NCBI GenBank assembly: GCA_964016885.1
Contig: OZ024741.1
Span: 338,830,001-338,894,000 of the forward strand
Direction: 5' to 3'
Source of the DNA: Eledone cirrhosa
Lineage: Eukaryota
Length of the DNA stretch: 64,000 bases
Positions 27,850 to 41,500 of the stretch are shown here, piece by piece; the first letter of the stretch is position 1; every line of letters begins with the position of its first letter. The position numbers were made by a program, and so were the translations under genes. Under the pieces are notes generated by a model, which saw only the letters and a list, made by a program, of their open reading frames with translations, searched no databases and had not been told where the DNA came from.

Positions 27850-30800
27850 GTGGTCTACTGGTTAGAGTGTTGGACAGACTGTCATACCTGTGAAGGTGTG
27901 AGTTCTAGTGGTTAGAGTGTTAGTCAGACTGTCATATCTGTTAAGGTGTGTGGTCTACTATTTAGAGTGTTAGACAGACTGTCATATCTGTGAAGGTGTG
28001 TGGTCTACTGCTTAGAGTGTTGGATAGACTGTCATATCTGTGAAGGTGTGTGGTCTACTGGTTAGAGTGTTGGACAGACTGTCATACCTGTGGAGGTGTG
28101 TGGTCTAGTGGTTAGAGTGTTAGACAGACTGTCATATCTGTGAAGGTGTGTGGTCTACTGGTTAGAGTGTTAGACTGACTGTCATACCTGTGAAGGTGTG
28201 TGGTCTACTGGTTAGAGTGTTAGACAGACTGTCATATCTGTGAAGGTGTGTGGTCTACTGGTTAGAGTGTTAGACAGACTGTCATATCTGTGAAGGTGTG
28301 TGGTCTACTGGTTAGAGTATTGGACAGACTGTCATATCTGTGAAGGTGTGTTGTCTACTGGTTAGAGTGTTAGACAGACGATCATATCTGTGAAGGTGTG
28401 TGGTCTACTGGTTAGAATGTTGGACAGACTGTCATACCTGTGAAGGTGTGTGGTCTACTGGTTAGAGTGTTAGACAGACTGTCATATCTGTGAAGGTGTG
28501 TGGTCTACTGTTTAGAGTGTTGGACAGACTGTCATATCTGTGAAGGTGTGTGGTCTACTGGTTAGAGTGTTAGACAAACTGTCATATCTGTGAAGGTGTG
28601 TGGTCTACTGGTTAGAGTGTTAGACAGACTGTCATATCTGTGAAGGTGTGTGGTCTACTGGTTAGAGTGTTGGACAGACTGTCATACCTGTGAAGGTGTG
28701 TGGTCTACTGGTTAGTGTGTTAGACAGACTGTCATATCTGTGAAGGTGTGTGGTCTACTGGTTAGAGTGTTAGACAGACTGTCATATCTGTGAAGGTGTG
28801 TGGTCTACTGGTTAGAGTGTTGGACAGACTGTCATACCTGTGAAGGTGTGAGTTATAGTGGTTAGAGTGTTAGTCAGACTGTCATATCTGTTAAGGTGTG
28901 TGGTCTACTATTTAGAGTGTTAGACAGACTGTCATATCTGTGAAGGTGTGTGGTCTACTGATTAGAGTGTTAGACAGACTGTCATATCTGTGAAGGTGTG
29001 TGGTCTACTGGTTAGAGTGTTAGACAGACTGTCATATCTGTGAAGGTGTGTGGTCTACTGGTTAGAGTGTTGGATAGACTGTCATATCTGTGAAGGTGTG
29101 TGGTCTACTGGTTAGAGCGTTAGACAGACTGTCATATCTGTGAAGGTGTGTGGTCTACTGGTTAGAGTGTTAGACAGACTGTCATATCTGTGAAGGTGTG
29201 TGGTCTACTGCTTAGAGTGTTGGATAGACTGTCATATCTGTGAAGGTGTGTGGTCTACTGGTTAGAGCGTTAGACAGACTGTCATATCTGTGAAGGTGTG
29301 TGGTCTACTGGTTAGAGTGTTAGACAGACTGTCATATCTGTGAAGGGGTGTGGTCTACTGGTTATAGTGTTGGACAGACTGTCATATCTGTGAAGGTGTG
29401 TGGTCTACTGGTTAGAGTGTTGGATAGACTGTCATATCTGTGAAGGTGTGTGGTCTAATGGTTAGAGTGTTAGACAGACTGTCATATCTGTGAAGGTGTG
29501 TGGTCTACTGGTTAGAGTGTTTGACAGACTGTCATATCTGTGAAGGTGTGTGGTCTACTGGTTAGAGTGTTGGACAGACTGTCATATCTGTGAAGGTGTG
29601 TGATCTACTGGTTAGAGTGTTGGACAGACTGTCATATCTGTGAATGTGTGTGGTCTACTGGTTAGAGTGTTGGACAGACTGTCATATCTGTGAAGGTGTG
29701 TGGTCTATTGGTTAGAGTGTTAGACAGACTGTCATATCTGTGAAGGTGTGTGGTCTACTGGTTAGAGTGTTGGACAGACTGTCATACCTGTGAAGGTGTG
29801 TGGTCTACTGGTTAGAGTGTTAGACAGACTGTCATATCTGTGAAGGTGTGTGGTCTAATGGTTAGAGTGTTAGACAAACTGTCATATCTGTGAAGGTGTG
29901 TGGTCTACTGGTTAGAGTGTTAGACAGACTGTCATATCTGTGAAGGTGTGTGGTCTACTGGTTAGAATGTTGGACAGACTGTCATACCTGTGAAGGTGTG
30001 TGGTCTACTGGTTAGAGTGTTAGACAGACTGTCATATCTGTGAAGGTGTGTGGTCTACTGGTTAGAGTGTTAGACAGACTGTCATATCTGTGAAGGTGTG
30101 TGGTCTACTGGTTAGAGTGTTAGCCAGACTGTCATATCTGTGAAGGTGTGTGGTCTAGTGGTTAGAGTGTTAGACAGACTGTCATATCTGTGAAGGTGTG
30201 TGGTCTACTGGTTAGAGTGTTAGCCAGACTGTCATATCTGTGAAGGTGTGTGGTCTACTGGTTAGAGTGTTAGCCAGACTGTCATATCTGTGAAGGTGTG
30301 TGGTCTACTGGTTAGAGTGTTAGACAGACTGTCATATCTGTGAAGGTGTGTGGTCTACTGGTTAGAGTGTTAGACAGACTGTCATATCTGTGAAGGTGTG
30401 TGGTCTACTGGTTAGAGTGTTAGACAGACTGTCATATCTGTGAAGGTGTGTGGTCTACTGGTTAGAGTATTGGACAGACTGTCATATCTGTGAAGGTGTG
30501 TTGTCTACTGGTTAGAGTGTTAGACAGACGGTCATATCTGTGAAGGTGTGTGGTCTACTGGTTAGAATGTTGGACAGACTGTCATACCTGTGAAGGTGTG
30601 TGGTCTACTGGTTAGAGTGTTAGACAGACTGTCATATCTGTGAAGGTGTGTGGTCTACTGTTTAGAGTGTTGGACAGACTGTCATATCTGTGAAGGTGTG
30701 TGGTCTACTGGTTAGAGTGTTAGACAAACTGTCATATCTGTGAAGGTGTGTGGTCTAATGATTAGAGTGTTAGACAGACTGTCATATCTGTGAAGGTGTG

Positions 30801-33800
30801 TGGTCTACTGGTTAGAGTGTTAGACAGACTGTCATATCTGTGAAGGTGTGTGGTCTACTGGTTAGAGTGTTGGACAGACTGTCATACCTGTGAAGGTGTG
30901 AGTTCTAGTGGTTAGAGTGTTAGTCAGACTGTCATATCTGTGAAGGTGTGTGGTCTACTATTTAGAGTGTTAGACAGACTGTCATATCTGTGAAGGTGTG
31001 TGGTCTACTGATTAGAGTGTTAGACAGACTGTCATATCTGTGAAGGTGTGTGGTCTACTGGTTAGAGTGTTAGACAGACTGTCATATCTGTGAAGGTGTG
31101 TGGTCTACTGGTTAGAGTGTTGGATAGACTGTCATATCTGTGAAGGTGTGTGGTCTACTGCTTAGAGTGTTGGATAGACTGTCATATCTGTGAAGGTGTG
31201 TGGTCTACTGGTTAGAGCGTTAGACAGACTGTCATATCTGTGAAGGTGTGTGGTCTACTGGTTAGAGTGTTAGACAGACTGTCATATCTGTGAAGGGGTG
31301 TGGTCTACTGGTTATAGTGTTGGACAGACTGTCATATCTGTGAAGGTGTGTGGTCTACTGGTTAGAGTGTTGGATAGACTGTCATATCTGTGAAGGTGTG
31401 TGGTCTAATGGTTAGAGTGTTAGACAGACTGTCATATCTGTGAAGGTGTGTGGTCTACTGGTTAGAGTGTTTGACAGACTGTCATATCTGTGAAGGTGTG
31501 TGGTCTACTGGTTAGAGTGTTGGACAGACTGTCATATCTGTGAAGGTGTGTGATCTACTGGTTAGAATGTTGGACAGACTGTCATATCTGTGAATGTGTG
31601 TGGTCTACTGGTTAGAGTGTTGGACAGACTGTCATATCTGTGAAGGTGTGTGGTCTATTGTTTAGAGTGTTAGACAGACTGTCATATCTGTGAAGGTGTG
31701 TGGTCTACTGGTTAGAGTGTTGGACAGACTGTCATACCTGTGAAGGTGTGTGGTCTACAGGTTAGAGTGTTAGACAGACTGTCATATCTGTGAAGGTGTG
31801 TGGTCTAATGGTTAGAGTGTTAGACAAACTGTCATATCTGTGAAGGTGTGTGGTCTACTGGTTAGAGTGTTAGACAGACTGTCATATCTGTGAAGGTGTG
31901 TGGTCTACTGGTTAGAATGTTGGACAGACTGTCATACCTGTGAAGGTGTGTGGTCTACTGATTAGAGTGTTAGACAGACTGTCATATCTGTGAAGGTGTG
32001 TGGTCTACTGTTTAGAGTGTTGGACAGACTGTCATATCTGTGAAGGTGTGTGGTCTACTGGTTAGAGTGTTAGACAAACTGTCATATCTGTGAAGGTGTG
32101 TGGTCTACTGGTTAGAGTATTTGACAGACTGTCATATCTGTGAAGGTGTGTGGTCTACTGGTTAGAGTGTTGGACAGACTGTCATATCTGTGAAGGTGTG
32201 TGATCTACTGGTTAGAATGTTGGACAGACTGTCATATCTGTGAATGTGTGTGGTCTACTGGTTAGAGTGTTGGACAGACTGTCATATCTGTGAAGGTGTG
32301 TGGTCTATTGGTTAGAGTGTTAGACAGACTGTCATATCTGTGAAGGTGTGTGGTCTACTGGTTAGAGTGTTGGACAGACTGTCATACCTGTGAAGGTGTG
32401 AGTTCTAGTGGTTAGAGTGTTAGTCAGACTGTCATATCTGTTAAGGTGTGTGGTCTACTATTTAGAGTGTTAGACAGACTGTCATATCTGTGAAGGTGTG
32501 TGGTCTACTGCTTAGAGTGTTGGATAGACTGTCATATCTGTGAAGGTGTGTGGTCTACTGGTTAGAGTGTTGGACAGACTGTCATACCTGTGGAGGTGTG
32601 TGGTCTAGTGGTTAGAGTGTTAGACAGACTGTCATATCTGTGAAGGTGTGTGGTCTACTGGTTAGAGTGTTAGACTGACTGTCATACCTGTGAAGGTGTG
32701 TGGTCTACTGATTAGAGTGTTAGACAGACTGTCATATCTGTGAAGGTGTGTGGTCTACTGGTTAGAGTGTTAGACAGACTGTCATATCTGTGAAGGTGTG
32801 TGATCTACTGGTTAGAATGTTGGACAGACTGTCATATCTGTGAATGTGTGTGGTCTACTGGTTAGAGTGTTGGACAGACTGTCATATCTGTGAAGGTGTG
32901 TGGTCTATTGGTTAGAGTGTTAGACAGACTGTCATATCTCTGAAGGTGTGTGGTCTACTGGTTAGAGTGTTGGACAGACTGTCATACCTGTGAAGGTGTG
33001 AGTTCTAGTGGTTAGAGTGTTAGTCAGACTGTCATATCTGTTAAGGTGTGTGGTCTACTATTTAGAGTGTTAGACAGACTGTCATATCTGTGAAGGTGTG
33101 TGGTCTACTGCTTAGAGTGTTGGATAGACTGTCATATCTGTGAAGGTGTGTGGTCTACTGGTTAGAGTGTTGGACAGACTGTCATACCTGTGGAGGTGTG
33201 TGGTCTAGTGGTTAGAGTGTTAGACAGACTGTCATATCTGTGAAGGTGTGTGGTCTACTGGTTAGAGTGTTAGACTGACTGTCATACCTGTGAAGGTGTG
33301 TGGTCTACTGGTTAGAGTGTTAGACAGACTGTCATATCTGTGAAGGTGTGTGGTCTACTGGTTAGAGTGTTAGACAGACTGTCATATCTGTGAAGGTGTG
33401 TGGTCTACTGGTTAGAGTATTGGACAGACTGTCATATCTGTGAAGGTGTGTTGTCTACTGGTTAGAGTGTTAGACAGACGGTCATATCTGTGAAGGTGTG
33501 TGGTCTACTGGTTAGAATGTTGGACAGACTGTCATACCTGTGAAGGTGTGTGGTCTACTGGTTAGAGTGTTAGACAGACTGTCATATCTGTGAAGGTGTG
33601 TGGTCTACTGTTTAGAGTGTTGGACAGACTGTCATATCTGTGAAGGTGTGTGGTCTACTGGTTAGAGTGTTAGACAAACTGTCATATCTGTGAAGGTGTG
33701 TGGTCTACTGGTTAGAGTGTTAGACAGACTGTCATATCTGTGAAGGTGTGTGGTCTACTGGTTAGAGTGTTGGACAGACTGTCATACCTGTGAAGGTGTG

Positions 33801-36800
33801 TGGTCTACTGGTTAGTGTGTTAGACAGACTGTCATATCTGTGAAGGTGTGTGGTCTACTGGTTAGAGTGTTAGACAGACTGTCATATCTGTGAAGGTGTG
33901 TGGTCTACTGGTTAGAGTGTTGGACAGACTGTCATACCTGTGAAGGTGTGAGTTATAGTGGTTAGAGTGTTAGTCAGACTGTCATATCTGTTAAGGTGTG
34001 TGGTCTACTATTTAGAGTGTTAGACAGACTGTCATATCTGTGAAGGTGTGTGGTCTACTGATTAGAGTGTTAGACAGACTGTCATATCTGTGAAGGTGTG
34101 TGGTCTACTGGTTAGAGTGTTAGACAGACTGTCATATCTGTGAAGGTGTGTGGTCTACTGGTTAGAGTGTTGGATAGACTGTCATATCTGTGAAGGTGTG
34201 TGGTCTACTGGTTAGAGCGTTAGACAGACTGTCATATCTGTGAAGGTGTGTGGTCTACTGGTTAGAGTGTTAGACAGACTGTCATATCTGTGAAGGTGTG
34301 TGGTCTACTGCTTAGAGTGTTGGATAGACTGTCATATCTGTGAAGGTGTGTGGTCTACTGGTTAGAGCGTTAGACAGACTGTCATATCTGTGAAGGTGTG
34401 TGGTCTACTGGTTAGAGTGTTAGACAGACTGTCATATCTGTGAAGGGGTGTGGTCTACTGGTTATAGTGTTGGACAGACTGTCATATCTGTGAAGGTGTG
34501 TGGTCTACTGGTTAGAGTGTTGGATAGACTGTCATATCTGTGAAGGTGTGTGGTCTAATGGTTAGAGTGTTAGACAGACTGTCATATCTGTGAAGGTGTG
34601 TGGTCTACTGGTTAGAGTGTTTGACAGACTGTCATATCTGTGAAGGTGTGTGGTCTACTGGTTAGAGTGTTGGACAGACTGTCATATCTGTGAAGGTGTG
34701 TGATCTACTGGTTAGAGTGTTGGACAGACTGTCATATCTGTGAATGTGTGTGGTCTACTGGTTAGAGTGTTGGACAGACTGTCATATCTGTGAAGGTGTG
34801 TGGTCTATTGGTTAGAGTGTTAGACAGACTGTCATATCTGTGAAGGTGTGTGGTCTACTGGTTAGAGTGTTGGACAGACTGTCATACCTGTGAAGGTGTG
34901 TGGTCTACTGGTTAGAGTGTTAGACAGACTGTCATATCTGTGAAGGTGTGTGGTCTAATGGTTAGAGTGTTAGACAAACTGTCATATCTGTGAAGGTGTG
35001 TGGTCTACTGGTTAGAGTGTTAGACAGACTGTCATATCTGTGAAGGTGTGTGGTCTACTGGTTAGAATGTTGGACAGACTGTCATACCTGTGAAGGTGTG
35101 TGGTCTACTGGTTAGAGTGTTAGACAGACTGTCATATCTGTGAAGGTGTGTGGTCTACTGGTTAGAGTGTTAGACAGACTGTCATATCTGTGAAGGTGTG
35201 TGGTCTACTGGTTAGAGTGTTAGCCAGACTGTCATATCTGTGAAGGTGTGTGGTCTAGTGGTTAGAGTGTTAGACAGACTGTCATATCTGTGAAGGTGTG
35301 TGGTCTACTGGTTAGAGTGTTAGCCAGACTGTCATATCTGTGAAGGTGTGTGGTCTACTGGTTAGAGTGTTAGCCAGACTGTCATATCTGTGAAGGTGTG
35401 TGGTCTACTGGTTAGAGTGTTAGACAGACTGTCATATCTGTGAAGGTGTGTGGTCTACTGGTTAGAGTGTTAGACAGACTGTCATATCTGTGAAGGTGTG
35501 TGGTCTACTGGTTAGAGTGTTAGACAGACTGTCATATCTGTGAAGGTGTGTGGTCTACTGGTTAGAGTATTGGACAGACTGTCATATCTGTGAAGGTGTG
35601 TTGTCGACTGGTTAGAGTGTTAGACAGACGGTCATATCTGTGAAGGTGTGTGGTCTACTGGTTAGAATGTTGGACAGACTGTCATACCTGTGAAGGTGTG
35701 TGGTCTACTGGTTAGAGTGTTAGACAGACTGTCATATCTGTGAAGGTGTGTGGTCTACTGTTTAGAGTGTTGGACAGACTGTCATATCTGTGAAGGTGTG
35801 TGGTCTACTGGTTAGAGTGTTAGACAAACTGTCATATCTGTGAAGGTGTGTGGTCTACTGGTTAGAGTGTTAGACAGACTGTCATATCTGTGAAGGTGTG
35901 TGGTCTACTGGTTAGAGTGTTAGACAGACTGTCATATCTGTGAAGGTGTGTGGTCTACTGGTTAGAGTGTTGGACAGACTGTCATACCTGTGAAGGTGTG
36001 AGTTCTAGTGGTTAGAGTGTTAGTCAGACTGTCATATCTGTGAAGGTGTGTGGTCTACTATTTAGAGTGTTAGACAGACTGTCATATCTGTGAAGGTGTG
36101 TGGTCTACTGATTAGAGTGTTAGACAGACTGTCATATCTGTGAAGGTGTGTGGTCTACTGGTTAGAGTGTTAGACAGACTGTCATATCTGTGAAGGTGTG
36201 TGGTCTACTGGTTAGAGTGTTGGATAGACTGTCATATCTGTGAAGGTGTGTGGTCTACTGCTTAGAGTGTTGGATAGACTGTCATATCTGTGAAGGTGTG
36301 TGGTCTACTGGTTAGAGCGTTAGACAGACTGTCATATCTGTGAAGGTGTGTGGTCTACTGGTTAGAGTGTTAGACAGACTGTCATATCTGTGAAGGGGTG
36401 TGGTCTACTGGTTATAGTGTTGGACAGACTGTCATATCTGTGAAGGTGTGTGGTCTACTGGTTAGAGTGTTGGATAGACTGTCATATCTGTGAAGGTGTG
36501 TGGTCTAATGGTTAGAGTGTTAGACAGACTGTCATATCTGTGAAGGTGTGTGGTCTACTGGTTAGAGTGTTTGACAGACTGTCATATCTGTGAAGGTGTG
36601 TGGTCTACTGGTTAGAGTGTTGGACAGACTGTCATATCTGTGAAGGTGTGTGATCTACTGGTTAGAATGTTGGACAGACTGTCATATCTGTGAATGTGTG
36701 TGGTCTACTGGTTAGAGTGTTGGACAGACTGTCATATCTGTGAAGGTGTGTGGTCTATTGTTTAGAGTGTTAGACAGACTGTCATATCTGTGAAGGTGTG

Positions 36801-37500
36801 TGGTCTACTGGTTAGAGTGTTGGACAGACTGTCATACCTGTGAAGGTGTGTGGTCTACAGGTTAGAGTGTTAGACAGACTGTCATATCTGTGAAGGTGTG
36901 TGGTCTAATGGTTAGAGTGTTAGACAAACTGTCATATCTGTGAAGGTGTGTGGTCTACTGGTTAGAGTGTTAGACAGACTGTCATATCTGTGAAGGTGTG
37001 TGGTCTACTGGTTAGAATGTTGGACAGACTGTCATACCTGTGAAGGTGTGTGGTCTACTGATTAGAGTGTTAGACAGACTGTCATATCTGTGAAGGTGTG
37101 TGGTCTACTGTTTAGAGTGTTGGACAGACTGTCATATCTGTGAAGGTGTGTGGTCTACTGGTTAGAGTGTTAGACAAACTGTCATATCTGTGAAGGTGTG
37201 TGGTCTACTGGTTAGAGTATTTGACAGACTGTCATATCTGTGAAGGTGTGTGGTCTACTGGTTAGAGTGTTGGACAGACTGTCATATCTGTGAAGGTGTG
37301 TGATCTACTGGTTAGAATGTTGGACAGACTGTCATATCTGTGAATGTGTGTGGTCTACTGGTTAGAGTGTTGGACAGACTGTCATATCTGTGAAGGTGTG
37401 TGGTCTATTGGTTAGAGTGTTAGACAGACTGTCATATCTGTGAAGGTGTGTGGTCTACTGGTTAGAGTGTTGGACAGACTGTCATACCTGTGAAGGTGTG
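27850..37500 (+). repeat. Higher-order duplication with 5100-bp offset (102 monomers) and a 600-bp junction duplication
   Basis: Markers at offset 5100: AGTTCTAG 27901/33001, AGTTATAG 28851/33951, TAGCCAGAC 30121/35221, GTTAGAGTATTTGAC 32111/37211. Markers at offset 600: 32201/32801 and 32401/33001. Confidence 0.9.
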
Positions 37501-38599
37501 TGGTCTACTGGTTAGAGTGTTAGACAGACTGTCATATCTGTGAAGGTGTGTGGTCTAATGGTTAGAGTGTTAGACAAACTGTCATATCTGTGAAGGTGTG
37601 TGGTCTACTGGTTAGAATGTTGGACAGACTGTCATACCTGTGAAGGTGTGTGGTCTATTGATTAGAGTGTTAGACAGACTGTCATATCTGTGAAGGTGTG
37701 TGGTCTACTGTTTAGAGTGTTGGACAGACTGTCATATCTGTGAAGGTGTGTGGTCTACTGGTTAGAGTGTTAGACAAACTGTCATATCTGTGAAGGTGTG
37801 TGGTCTACTGGTTAGAGTGTTAGACAGACTGTCATATCTGTGAAGATGTGCGGTCTACTGGTTAGAGTGTTGGACAGACTGTCATACCTGTGAAGGTGTG
37901 TGGTCTACTGGTTAGTGTGTTAGACAGACTGTCATATCTGTGAAGGTGTGGGGTCTACTGGTTAGAGTGTTGGACAGACTGTCATACCTGTGAAGGTGTG
38001 AGGTCTAGTGGTTAGAGTGTTAGACAGACTGTCATATCTGTGAAGGTGTGTGCTCTATTAGTTAGAGTGTTAGACAGACTGTCATATCTGTGAAGGTGTG
38101 TGGTCTATTATTAGATTGTTAGACAGACTGTCATATCTGTGAAGGTGTGTGGTCTACTGCTTAGAGTGTTGGATAGACTGTCATATCTGTGAAGGTGTGT
38201 GGTCTAGTGGTTAGAGTGTTAGACAGACTGTCATATCTGTGAAGGTGTGTGGTCTACTGGTTAGAGTGTTAGACTGACTGTCATACCTGTGAAGGTGTGT
38301 GGTCTAGTGGTTAGAGTGTTAGACAGACTGTCATATCTGTGAAGGTGTGTAGTCTACTGGTTAGAGTGTTAGACTGACTGTCATACCTGTGAAGGTGTGT
38401 GGTCTACTGGTTAGAGTGTTAGACAGACTGTCATATTTGTGAAGGTGTGTGGTCTACTGGTTAGAGTGTTAGACAGACTGTCATATCTGTGAAGGTGTGT
38501 GGTCTACTGGTTAGAGTGTTAGACAGACTGTCATATCTGTGAAGGTGTGTGGTCTACTGGTTAGAGTGTTAGACAGACTGTCATATCTGTGAAGGTGTG

Positions 38600-41500
38600 T
38601 GTTCTACTGGTTAGAGTATTGGACAGACTGTCATATCTGTGAAGGTGTGTGGTCTACTGGTTAGAGTGTTGGACTGACCATCATATCTGTGAAGGTGTGT
38701 GGTCTACTGGTTAAAGTGTTGGAGTGACCATCATATCTGTAAAGGTGTGTGGTCTACTGGTTAGAGTGTTGGACAGACTGTCATATCTGTGAAGGTGTGT
38801 GGTCTAGTGGTTAGAGTGTTAGACAGACTGTCATATCTGTGAAGGTGAGTGGTCTACTGGTTAGAGTGTTGGACAGACTGTCATACCTGTGAAGGTGTGT
38901 GATCTACTGGTTAGAGTGTTAGACAGACTATCATATCTGTGAAGGTGTGTGGTCTACTGGTTAGAGTGTTAGACAGACTGTCATATCTGTGAAGGTGTGT
39001 GGTCTACTGGTTAGAGTGTTGGACAGACTGTCATATCTGTGAAGGTGTGTGGTCTACTGGTTAGAGTGTTAGACAAACTGTCATATCTGTGAAGGTGTGT
39101 GGTCTACTGGTTAGAGTGTTAGACAGACTGTCATATCTGTGAAGGTGTGTTGTCTACTGGTTAGAATGTTGGACAGACTGTCATACCTGTGAAGGTGTGT
39201 GGTCTACTGGTTAGAGTGTTAGACAGACTGTCATATCTGTGAAGGTGTGTGGTCTACTGTTTAGAGTGTTGGACAGACTGTCATATCTGTGAAGGTGTGT
39301 GGTCTACTGGTTAGAGTGTTAGACAAACTGTCATATCTGTGAAGGTGTGTGGTCTACTGGTTAGAGTGTTAGACAGACTGTCATATCTGTGAAGGTGTGT
39401 GGTCTACTAGTTAGAGTGTTGGACAGACTGTCATACCTGTGAAGGTGTGTGGTCTACTGTTAGTGTGTTAGACAGACTGTTATATCTGTGAAGGTGTGTG
39501 GTCTACTGATTAGAGTGTTAGACAGACTATCATATCTGTGAAGGTGTGTGGTCTACTGGTTAGAGTGTTGGACAGACTGTCATAGCTGTGAAGGTGTGAG
39601 GTCTAGTGGTTAGAGTGTTAGACAGACTGTCATATCTGTGAAGGTGTGTGGTCTACTAGTTAGAGTGTTAGACAGACTGTCATATCTGTGAAGGTGTGTG
39701 GTCTACTGATTAGAGTGTTAGACAGACTGTCATATCTGTGAAGGTGTGTGGTCTACTGCTTAGAGTGTTGGATAGACTGTCATATCTGTGAAGGTGTGTG
39801 GTCTACTGGTTAGAGTGTTGGACAGACTGTCATATCTGGGGAGGTGTGTGGTCTAGTGGTTAGAGTGTTAGACAGACTGTCATATCTGTGAAGGTGTGTG
39901 GTCTACTGGTTAGAGTGTTAGACAGACTGTCATATCTGTGAAGGTGTGTGGTCTACTGGTTAGAGTGTTAGACAGACTGTCATATCTGTGAAGGTGTGTG
40001 GTCTACTGGTTAGAGTGTTAGACAGACTGTCATATCTGTGAAGGTGTGTAGTCTACTGGTTAGAGTATTGGACAGACTGTCATATCTGTGAAGGTGTGTG
40101 GTCTACTGGTTAGAGTGTTGGACTGACCATCATATCTGTGAAGGTGTGTGGTCTACTGGTTAAAGTGTTGGAGTGACCATCATATCTGTAAAGGTGTGTG
40201 GTCTACTGGTTAGAGTGTTGGACAGATTGTCATATCTGTGAAGGTGTGTGGTCTAGTGGTTAGAGTGTTAGACAGACTGTCATATCCGTGGAGGTGTGTG
40301 GTCTAGTGGTTAGAGTGTTAGACAGACTGTCATATCTGTGAAGGTGTGTGGTCTACTGGTTCGAGTGTTAGACTGACTGTCATACCTGTGAAGGTGTGTG
40401 GTCTACTGCTTAGAGTGTTGGATAGACTGTCATATCTGTGAAGGTGTGTGGTCTACTGCTTAGAGTGTTGGATAGACTGTCATATCTGTGAAGGTGTGTG
40501 GTCTACTGGTTAGAGTGTTGGACAGACTGTCATATCTGGGGAGGTGTGTGGTCTAGTGGTTAGAGTGTTAGACAGACTGTCATATCTGTGAAGGTGTGTG
40601 GTCTACTAGTTAGAGTGTTGGACAGACTGTCATACCTGTGAAGGTGTGTGGTCTACTGTTAGTGTGTTAGACAGACTGTTATATCTGTGAAGGTGTGTGG
40701 TCTACTGGTTAGAGTGTTAGACAGACTATCATATCTGTGAAGGTGTGTGGTCTACTGGTTAGAGTGTTGGACAGACTGTCATAGCTGTGAAGTTGTGAGG
40801 TCTAGTGGTTAGAGTGTTAGACAGACTGTCATATCTGTGAAGGTGTGTGGTCTACTAGTTAGAGTGTTAGACAGACTGTCATATCTGTGAAGGTGTGTGG
40901 TCTAGTGGTTAGAGTGTTAGACAGACTGTCATATCTGTGAAGGTGTGTGGTCTACTGGTTAGAGTGTTAGACTGACTGTCATACCTGTGAAGGTGTGTGG
41001 TCTACTGGTTAGAGTGTTAGACAGACTGTCATATCTGTGAAGGTGTGTGGTCTACTGGTTAGAGTGTTAGACAGACTGTCATATCTGTGAAGGTGTGTGG
41101 TCTACTGGTTAGAGTGTTAGACAGACTGTCATATCTGTGAAGGTGTGTGGTCTACTGGTTAGAGTGTTAGACAGACTGTCATATCTGTGAAGGTGTGTAG
41201 TCTACTGGTTAGAGTATTGGACAGACTGTCATATCTGTGAAGGTGTGTGGTCTACTGGTTAGAGTGTTGGACTGACCATCATATCTGTGAAGGTGTGTGG
41301 TCTACTGGTTAAAGTGTTGGAGTGACCATCATATCTGTAAAGGTGTGTGGTCTACTGGTTAGAGTGTTGGACAGATTGTCATATCTGTGAAGGTGTGTGG
41401 TCTAGTGGTTAGAGTGTTAGACAGACTGTCATATCCGTGGAGGTGTGTGGTCTACTGGTTAGAGTGTTAGACTGACTGTCATACCTGTGAAGGTGTGTGG

